Source of the DNA: Patescibacteria group bacterium
GTDB taxonomy: Bacteria > Patescibacteriota > Patescibacteriia > Patescibacteriales > UBA12465
Direction: 5' to 3'
NCBI GenBank assembly: GCA_041656935.1
Contig: JBBACQ010000002.1
Span: 27,603 to 91,602 of the forward strand
Length of the DNA: 64,000 nt
The translations under genes and the position numbers were made by a program. This document shows, in pieces, positions 27,839 through 35,109 of the stretch. Position 1 is the stretch's first letter; each line of letters begins with the position of its first letter. The notes beneath the pieces are model-generated. The model searched no databases. It saw nothing but the letters and a program-made list of their open reading frames with translations, and was not told the DNA's origin.

Positions 27839-28423
27839 TTAAACTCCTTTTATTTTTCGTTGGTACTCATCCCAATCGTTTTTCATCTGTTCAAGCTTGG
27901 GTTTACCTAAACGTCGGCTAATATCAAAATTCAACAAATCAAATTTACCAAGCTTCCGTTGAATTTCATCCGTAAGTCCGTTTTTAAAAACCCACTCGAT
28001 CCAGAGCATATACAGTTTTTTATCAAAATACAAAGCGACCGCGTCTGCATCTTTTACAATTTTCATTTCGGTTGAATCACTACTATATGAAATAATATCA
28101 CGAACATGTTTTAATTCATCAATGTCTAGACCAAGACTGTTCAAGAATTCTTGAGATACGGATAAGTTAAAACTTTCGTGGTTTTTATGGAGCGTTTCCG
28201 GATCAGCATGATGGGTCTTGCCAATATCGTGTAGTAATGCACCAATCGCGGCTACGGTTTTATTACACTCAACTTCTTCAGATATTTTCATCACCAGCTC
28301 TTGGACTGTAACGCTATGGTTGTACATAACCGACCAATGATTAAAACTAAAATGCGGGTTCTTTTGAAAAGAACGTTTTACAAATTCTTTTGTTTTTTCA
28401 ACTAAATCGTGTTTATATTCCAT
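27839..28423 (-). CDS. HD-domain phosphohydrolase
   Basis: 194 aa with metal-binding ...GALLHDIGK... HD motif. Confidence 0.75.
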   Translation of the reverse strand: MEYKHDLVEKTKEFVKRSFQKNPHFSFNHWSVMYNHSVTVQELVMKISEEVECNKTVAAIGALLHDIGKTHHADPETLHKNHESFNLSVSQEFLNSLGLDIDELKHVRDIISYSSDSTEMKIVKDADAVALYFDKKLYMLWIEWVFKNGLTDEIQRKLGKFDLLNFDISRRLGKPKLEQMKNDWDEYQRKIKGV

Positions 28424-28450
28424 AAAAATAAAAGGGGTTTAAGATTTATT

Positions 28451-28547
28451 GCACATAACGTTTGCGGATATGAGAAGTTGCGACCGTAGGGAGCAATTTG
28501 GGTGAGCCCCGAGCCGAGGGGCGAACCTCATATCCGCTGTTATACGC
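28451..28547 (-). other. attC-like imperfect-palindrome site, copy 3
   Basis: GCACATAAC-GTTT-GCGGATATGAG...CTCATATCCGC-T-GTTATACGC. The 11-bp stem differs from copies 1 and 2 at three positions, all compensated on the other arm. Confidence 0.6.
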
Positions 28548-28601
28548 CCCGACGACTGAAAGGAGGAGAGCGCAGCGTGGCACGGAGCGAAGCGGAGTGA
28601 G

Positions 28602-28694
28602 TTCAAAAAATATTTTTCGTTCTCATTAATTATGATAGGCTTTCCTCAATTCTTATAAATTTGATTTTTTCCGTTTTGAAAAATGAAAGAGGGG
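28602..28694. repeat. left arm of a long imperfect inverted repeat flanking the rSAM-methyltransferase pair
   Basis: Collinear identical blocks versus the reverse complement of 30727-30813: 17 nt (28602-28618), 13 nt (28632-28644), 14 nt (28657-28670) and 7 nt (28688-28694). Confidence 0.8.
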
Positions 28695-28728
28695 TTAGGG
28701 GTGAATTTCATTTTTCAAATTCATTAAT

Positions 28729-29838
28729 TTAAGGATGTAAATGTTCTACGCAACCTTTATTTCTTGGAATGTGTTTTGCTAAATATTTTGTAGCTTCACA
28801 AAACTCTTTAACTATCCCTAAAAAATTTCCAGTTGAATAATAAGCCAAGCCCGCACAACCTCCACCACAATTTGATCTTATTTCGCAATTTTTGCATTCA
28901 TCAATAAATTTTGTATTTCTTTGCCTTATTCTTGTCATCTTTTCAGGATAATATATAATTTCATTTTTTTCTTTATCATATTTTCCAAAGATAAATTCTG
29001 AAAGTTGCGTTTTTCCTGAATATGCTAAATCACATCCAGAAACATAACCATCAGCAGTAAGTTGAGGCATTGGGATACAAGAACGACACGCGTAATTACA
29101 AGGTTCATCAAAATTTACTGTGAAAAAATTACCATAGTGCATTCCAATTTTTTCAGCATGTTTGTATGCTTTAACAAAATGTTCAGCAAATTCCTTTAAG
29201 TTTATAGGTGTAATTTGTTTTACTCCTGCTTTACCTTCTTGTTTGACGCTTTCAAAAACAGGTTCGGCATAAACCCATTTTATCCCTATTGAATTAAAAT
29301 AATCCAATATTTCAATTTGCTTATTTATGTCTTGGGGCAAGATTGTTGCTCTTGCACCAACAAAAACTCCTTCTTTTTGTAAAAATTTTACATTTCTGAC
29401 GATGGTGTCAGAAGTTTCTTGACCTCCTCTCGCAGGTCTGTTTCTATTTTGAATATAACTTGGTCCATCAATCGAAATCCATACTTCAGCAACATTTTTT
29501 GCAATCCATTTTGCCGTATCTTCTGAAAAAAATCCATTTGTTTGCAATTCTACAAACAAATCTTTTCCTTTAATTTTTTTAGCATATTCTGTAATTGCTT
29601 TTACTAAATCCATTCTTGTGGTTGGTTCTCCAACTCCATAAAATCTAATCATATTATTGCCAACACCAAAAAAGTCTGTTTTATCCCTGAAAAAATCATC
29701 CATACCTTTTTTGGCAAAATCCAAATCAATTGCTTTTTCCTCTCCAACATGTCTTGTGTCATTAACACAATAAACGCAGTTTAGATTGCATTTAGATGTT
29801 ATGAAAAAAGTTATTGTTCTTTTTCTTTCGTGAGCCAT
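28729..29838 (-). CDS. radical SAM enzyme with C-terminal SPASM-type Cys cluster
   Basis: 369 aa with CNLNCVYC (CxxxCxxC), GVGEPT and QTNG motifs, and C-terminal CKNCEIRSNCGGGCAG. Confidence 0.8.
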   Translation of the reverse strand: MAHERKRTITFFITSKCNLNCVYCVNDTRHVGEEKAIDLDFAKKGMDDFFRDKTDFFGVGNNMIRFYGVGEPTTRMDLVKAITEYAKKIKGKDLFVELQTNGFFSEDTAKWIAKNVAEVWISIDGPSYIQNRNRPARGGQETSDTIVRNVKFLQKEGVFVGARATILPQDINKQIEILDYFNSIGIKWVYAEPVFESVKQEGKAGVKQITPINLKEFAEHFVKAYKHAEKIGMHYGNFFTVNFDEPCNYACRSCIPMPQLTADGYVSGCDLAYSGKTQLSEFIFGKYDKEKNEIIYYPEKMTRIRQRNTKFIDECKNCEIRSNCGGGCAGLAYYSTGNFLGIVKEFCEATKYLAKHIPRNKGCVEHLHP

Positions 29839-29839
29839 A

Positions 29840-30649
29840 TTATTTCCTCGCAGTTAAAAAATAATAACCGACATTAGTATAATTTATTTTTTTATTATTT
29901 CCACGCATTAATTCAGGTTTTATATTTTTGAAATTAGAATTTTTTAATTGTTCTAAGATTATTGGTAGGCAAACTTTTAATTCTTCAATTCTCAAAATAT
30001 CCATAAAAGCTGTTTTGATTTGATCAATCACGTCTGCCTCTTGAGGTTTTGGCATTGATAAAATTTGTGCAGAAGCATATTTTAAAATATTTTCAATAAA
30101 TTGTACTTTATTTTTTGGGTTAAAATTTTTATCAAATTCATAATCTGGAATAAATACTTCAGCAACAATTAAAGTACCTCCAACTTTTAGATTATTATAG
30201 ATATTTTTTATTGCTTTTGGTTTGTCAAAAAGATGATGATAAGTAGCTGTTAAAATTACTATATCAAAATAATTTTCTTTCTGAAAAATTTCAGCTGTCC
30301 CATTTAGGATTTTCGCCTTACCTTTTGTTTCTTTGTTTGTCATATCTCTAAAAACTTTTTCAGGTTCAACAACGACATACTCTTGAATATTTTTATTATT
30401 GATAATTTTGCCAGCTAAAATACCTGGTCCAGAGCCATATTCCAAAATTTTGACAGGTCTTTTTTGTTGGTTGATAATTTTTTCAATTCTATCAAACCAC
30501 TCTAAATATAATGGATATTGTTTAACTTGTTCTAAGTATTGTTTTCTTATGGTTGTTGGGTCTGTCACTGAATATCCTTTTTGCAAAGATTCCCCTAATT
30601 CATTTATTGATTTCCAGATTTGGTTTGAATTTTTTTTAATCATATTCAT
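29840..30649 (-). CDS. class I SAM-dependent methyltransferase
   Basis: 269 aa with motif I ILEYGSGPGILA. Its stop codon lies 1 nt from the rSAM start, so the two are probably co-transcribed. Confidence 0.75.
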   Translation of the reverse strand: MNMIKKNSNQIWKSINELGESLQKGYSVTDPTTIRKQYLEQVKQYPLYLEWFDRIEKIINQQKRPVKILEYGSGPGILAGKIINNKNIQEYVVVEPEKVFRDMTNKETKGKAKILNGTAEIFQKENYFDIVILTATYHHLFDKPKAIKNIYNNLKVGGTLIVAEVFIPDYEFDKNFNPKNKVQFIENILKYASAQILSMPKPQEADVIDQIKTAFMDILRIEELKVCLPIILEQLKNSNFKNIKPELMRGNNKKINYTNVGYYFLTARK

Positions 30650-30726
30650 TAAGTATAGTTAAGAATTTAAAAAGTCTTCTAATATAAATCGTTTTCGGAA
30701 CGAAGTGGAGAAAACACCATATTATC

Positions 30727-30813
30727 CCCCTCTATAAATAAAGAAAAAATCAAATTTATTCCCCTTTGAAAGCCTATCATTTCTTATTCTCCGTTAGAAA
30801 AATATTTTTTGAA
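30727..30813. repeat. right arm of the long imperfect inverted repeat
   Basis: Blocks at 30797-30813, 30768-30780, 30744-30757 and 30727-30733 are reverse complements of the left-arm blocks. Confidence 0.8.
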
Positions 30814-30815
30814 TT

Positions 30816-30840
30816 GCATATAACTGGTTATTATACGAAC
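30816..30840 (-). repeat. 5' boundary of the rSAM-methyltransferase module
   Basis: GCATATAAC (30816-30824) complements GTTATACGC at 28539-28547 at 8/9 positions. CTGGTTATTATACGAAC (30824-30840) matches 9125-9141 at 16/17. Confidence 0.7.
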
Positions 30841-30949
30841 TTATTACTTAATAATTCCAAAAATCTTCAAATTATGCGAATAAAAAAATTATTTTTTATT
30901 AAAACCATTATTATTATAACAAGAAATATAACCAAAATCAATTTAAACC

Positions 30950-33160
30950 CTACCCACACTCCTTGTTCGAGCACTTCGGTCCATTTTTATCTTCTATCAT
31001 CAAAGCTCCACATTTATCACATTTCTCCCCTGTCGGTCTAGCAAAATAAGCATTTTTACACTTCGGATAAGCACTACAGGCGTAAAAAACACCCCGACGA
31101 GAAAACTTTTTTACTATTTTTCCCTTGCCACAAAGTGGGCAATCAACCTCTTTTTCAGTCTCGCCATTTTTACTAATATTTTTAAGATTTTTACATTTTG
31201 GATAAGCACTACATCCCAAAAACGGACCAAACTTTCCCACTCTAACTATCATGTCAGCTCCACATTTATCACACTTATCTTTCTTATGTTTTTCTTTCAA
31301 CTCTATCATCTCCGGACTATCTTCTCTTTTCTCCGGTTCACCTTCTTTTTTCAAAGATTTAATATTACGACACTCCGGATAAGCACTACAAGCCAAAAAT
31401 TTTCCGTAACGACCAGTTTTAATAATCATTTTAGCTCCACATTTATCACAAATCTCGTCAGTCTCTTCTTCCGGAACAATATCTTTCCTATCTAACTCTT
31501 CATATTTCTTGGCTAAGTTAGCACTAAAGGGATCCCAAAAACTCTTTATTACTGGAGGCCAATCTTTTTTACCAAGTGAAATCTGATCTAAATCATTCTC
31601 CATATCAGCCGTAAACTTATAATCGATAATTTCTGGAAAATGTTCTACTAACAGATCAACTACTACGAAAGCAATGTCCGTCGGAAATAATTTTTTCTTA
31701 TCATCACGATTAACATAATTTCTATCAATAATAGTTGAAATGGTTGGAGCGTAGGTAGAGGGTCGACCAATACCATTTTTTTCCATTTCTTTAACCAAGC
31801 CAGCATCAGAATATCTAGCCGGTGGCTGAGTAAAATGCTGATCTTTATCTAACTTCACTAAATCCAAGCTATCTTTTGTTTTTAATTCTGGTAATTCATT
31901 TTCGCTAACCACCTCCGGATATATTTCTAAATATCCCTTAAATTTAACTGTTTGACCATTGGCCCTAAACAAAAACTCATTTTTTTGTCCAGCTAAAATA
32001 TCAACCGACACCGTGTCTAAAATAGCCCCGTTCATCTGAGAGGCTAATGCTCTTTGCCAAATTAATTGATAAAGTTTAAATTGATTTTTATCTAATTTGT
32101 TTAAAAATTTTTCTGGCTCCGAAGAAGCTAAAGTTGGTCGAATAGCCTCATGAGCTTCTTGAGCATTTTTACTCTTACCCTTAAAAACTCGGCCACCAGA
32201 CAACAAATACTTTTCACCTAATTTATTTTTAATATAGTTACCAGCTTCATCTCTAAATTTCTGAGCTAAGTTAATTGAATCAGTTCTCATATAAGTAATA
32301 TGCCCCATTTCATATAACTTTTGAGCGACCATCATAGTTTGTTTAGCACTAAAACCTAAACGACGATTAGCTGTTTGTTGCAAAGAGGAAGTAATAAAAG
32401 GTGGCAATGGACTTTTAGTAGTTTCTTTACTTTCAATTTTATCTACCGTCCAATTACTTTTAACCAAAGAATCTAAAATTTCCTGAGCATCATCTTCGGT
32501 TTTAAAGTAAAATTTATCAATTGATTTATTATCAATTTTTAACAATCTAGCTGAAAAATTATTACTATTCTTAGCTAAAATAGCATTTATATCCCAGTAT
32601 TCCTGAGCCACAAAGGCCTTTATCTCTCTTTCCCTCTCTACTATCAATCGGACAGCTACACTTTGAACACGACCAGCTGATAAGCCCTTAGCTACCTTTT
32701 TCCATAAAAAGGGGGACAATTTATAACCAACCAGCCTATCTAAAATTCGGCGAGCCTGCTGAGCGTCAACCATTTTTTGATCAATTTTCCTAGGATTATT
32801 TAAAGCTGATAAAATAGCCTCTTTGGTAATCTCATGAAAGGCAATTCTCTGGGAATTACTATCATTTAGAGACAAAGCTTCAGACAAATGCCAGGCAATG
32901 GCCTCTCCTTCGCGATCTTCATCAGACGCTAAAATAACATTGGTAGCGCTTTTAGCTAACTTTTTTAAATCAGTTACTCTTTTTTTAGCCGTACTGGAAA
33001 CAACATATTTAGGCGCAAAATTATCTTCCAAATCAACTCCTAACTCACTTTTAGGCAAATCTCGAATATGACCAAAAGATGATTCCACTTTATACTCACT
33101 ACCTAAAAACTTAGCGATGGTCTTGGCCTTAGTAGGAGATTCCACTATTATTAAATTCAT
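30950..33160 (-). CDS. topA: DNA topoisomerase I
   Basis: 736 aa with Toprim N-terminus LIIVESPTKAKTI, active-site region ITYMRTDS, and four C-terminal C4 zinc ribbons. Confidence 0.95.
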   Translation of the reverse strand: MNLIIVESPTKAKTIAKFLGSEYKVESSFGHIRDLPKSELGVDLEDNFAPKYVVSSTAKKRVTDLKKLAKSATNVILASDEDREGEAIAWHLSEALSLNDSNSQRIAFHEITKEAILSALNNPRKIDQKMVDAQQARRILDRLVGYKLSPFLWKKVAKGLSAGRVQSVAVRLIVEREREIKAFVAQEYWDINAILAKNSNNFSARLLKIDNKSIDKFYFKTEDDAQEILDSLVKSNWTVDKIESKETTKSPLPPFITSSLQQTANRRLGFSAKQTMMVAQKLYEMGHITYMRTDSINLAQKFRDEAGNYIKNKLGEKYLLSGGRVFKGKSKNAQEAHEAIRPTLASSEPEKFLNKLDKNQFKLYQLIWQRALASQMNGAILDTVSVDILAGQKNEFLFRANGQTVKFKGYLEIYPEVVSENELPELKTKDSLDLVKLDKDQHFTQPPARYSDAGLVKEMEKNGIGRPSTYAPTISTIIDRNYVNRDDKKKLFPTDIAFVVVDLLVEHFPEIIDYKFTADMENDLDQISLGKKDWPPVIKSFWDPFSANLAKKYEELDRKDIVPEEETDEICDKCGAKMIIKTGRYGKFLACSAYPECRNIKSLKKEGEPEKREDSPEMIELKEKHKKDKCDKCGADMIVRVGKFGPFLGCSAYPKCKNLKNISKNGETEKEVDCPLCGKGKIVKKFSRRGVFYACSAYPKCKNAYFARPTGEKCDKCGALMIEDKNGPKCSNKECG

Positions 33161-33253
33161 AGACTATTTTATCATTAACTACAATAATATTAATATAATC
33201 AATGACCTTATTTTTATAAAACAATTATAATATTAAAATTAAAAAAACACAAA

Positions 33254-34354
33254 TCAAGCCAGTTCATAGTTTTTCCCACCAATATCGCGGACAATTCCTT
33301 TTATCTCTAAAACCGCTAGAGAAGAGCTAATTTCTGAAAAATTATAGGGCAAAACACTAGAAAACTCATCAATATGAAGAGGTTTGTTCTTCAAAAAAGC
33401 TAAAATCTCTCTTTCTAAATCATTTTCTCCCTGATAGACCCTCTCAGAAACCCTATTATTCGAAAAAGGCAAAACATTAAAAAAATCTAAAATATTATCA
33501 ACATTTAAAACAACTCCCGCCCCGCTTTTTATTAAATTATTATTACCACAAAAATTATCATCATAAATACTCCCAGGAAGACTTAAGACTTCTCGCCCCT
33601 CCTCTAAAGCATATTTAGCCGTTATTAATGATCCTGATTTTTCTCCGGCCTCAGCTACTAAAACAGCTCGAGACAAACCAGCAATAATTCTGTTTCTTTG
33701 AGGAAAATTAAAAGAAATCGGCTCTGTTCCTAAGGGAAATTCTGACAAAACCAAGCCCTCTTTCTGGAGAATCTCTTCAACCATTTTTCGATTAGCTCGG
33801 GGATAAATACTCCAATAATCTAAGCCCGACCCTAAAACAGCAATGGTCTTCCCATTATTATCTAAAACAGCTTGATGGGCTAAAGAATCAATCCCAATAG
33901 CTAAACCACTAATGATACTAAGACCGGCCCTGGTTAGTTTAGGGATAAAATCTTTAATAATTTTTTCTCCGTAATAGGTGAACTTTCTTGATCCGACTAC
34001 TGACAGGGAATTATTCCAATCAATATTAATGTTTCCTTTATAATATAAAATGGGTGGTGGGCTATAAATATTGGCTAATAAGAACGGATAGTCCTTATCG
34101 CTAATCACCAAAATTTTTATTTTTTCTTCCTTGATTTTTTCCAAAATTTCATCTAAATTAATTTTTTTCCTCTTAGCGACAAAATCAAAAACCAGCTCCG
34201 GTTTTAATCCCGCCCTTATTAAATCTTTAGCCGAGCTATAAAAAGCTCTTTCCAAAGTTTTGAAATTTTGGATTAATAATTTATATTTTTTAAAAGTAAA
34301 ATTTAATAAATAATTAAAAGCCACAAAAAATTTTTTATCATTATTTAGATCCAT
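33254..34354 (-). CDS. dprA: DNA-processing protein DprA
   Basis: 366 aa with ...VVGSRKFTYYG...GLAIGIDSLAHQ... and a C-terminal winged-helix-like end. Confidence 0.85.
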   Translation of the reverse strand: MDLNNDKKFFVAFNYLLNFTFKKYKLLIQNFKTLERAFYSSAKDLIRAGLKPELVFDFVAKRKKINLDEILEKIKEEKIKILVISDKDYPFLLANIYSPPPILYYKGNINIDWNNSLSVVGSRKFTYYGEKIIKDFIPKLTRAGLSIISGLAIGIDSLAHQAVLDNNGKTIAVLGSGLDYWSIYPRANRKMVEEILQKEGLVLSEFPLGTEPISFNFPQRNRIIAGLSRAVLVAEAGEKSGSLITAKYALEEGREVLSLPGSIYDDNFCGNNNLIKSGAGVVLNVDNILDFFNVLPFSNNRVSERVYQGENDLEREILAFLKNKPLHIDEFSSVLPYNFSEISSSLAVLEIKGIVRDIGGKNYELA

Positions 34355-34510
34355 TAACCAATAATACCAAAACTAAGGTAAAATTAATCTAAAATGTTTT
34401 TATCTACTAAATAAAAAAGCTAATTACTATTAAATTAAAAAACTATAAAAAACCTTGAAAACCAAGAAAAATTGGCTAATATTAAACAATTTTTTCAATA
34501 AAAATTAAAC

Positions 34511-34536
34511 AAAAAAAGAGATGTTTATCTCTTTTT
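34511..34536. terminator. terminator downstream of pth
   Basis: A-run, stem AGAGAT/ATCTCT with GTTT loop, then T-run. Confidence 0.55.
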
Positions 34537-34561
34537 CCGTCCTATCTATTTTATTTAAAAA

Positions 34562-35098
34562 TTACACTTCAACTTTAGCAAAAATATCATTTATTTTATC
34601 AAATTCATCCTTAGAAAAACTCTGCAAAACAAATTTTTCTCCCGAAACGTTATTTTTGTACTCATTATTCACCCCGAAGCGGATTCTTTTAAAATTTTTT
34701 GTTTTTAAATTACCAAAAATTGATTCCACTCCATTATGACCAGCACTACCAGCTCCAACTGACATTTTACAAAAACCAAAATTAATATCTAAATCATCAT
34801 GAACTACAGTTAAAACTCCGCTTAGATCACTATTTTTATTACTGAACAACCCAAATTTTTTAGGAATCAACTTATAATAATCCAAGATAGCTCGAACGGA
34901 CATTCCCGAATTATTCATAAAAGTTTGAGGCTTCACTAAAATATCACTTCCTTTTTCAAAAATAAAGGCATTAAACTTTTTATTAAATTTCCAACCAGTC
35001 GAATCTCCAGCTAAAAAATCTAAAAACATAAAACCAACATTATGCCTAGTTTTTTGATATTTTTCACCCGGATTTCCTAAACCAACAATTATTTTCAT
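34562..35098 (-). CDS. pth: peptidyl-tRNA hydrolase
   Basis: 178 aa starting MKIIVGLGNPGEKYQKTRHNVGF. Confidence 0.9.
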   Translation of the reverse strand: MKIIVGLGNPGEKYQKTRHNVGFMFLDFLAGDSTGWKFNKKFNAFIFEKGSDILVKPQTFMNNSGMSVRAILDYYKLIPKKFGLFSNKNSDLSGVLTVVHDDLDINFGFCKMSVGAGSAGHNGVESIFGNLKTKNFKRIRFGVNNEYKNNVSGEKFVLQSFSKDEFDKINDIFAKVEV

Positions 35099-35109
35099 AT
35101 AGGTAGAAC

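Noticed and set aside
30766-31041. 91-aa + strand ORF
   Set aside because: It spans the inverted-repeat arm, the module boundary and the antisense 3' end of topA. Its composition is typical of AT-rich noncoding sequence.
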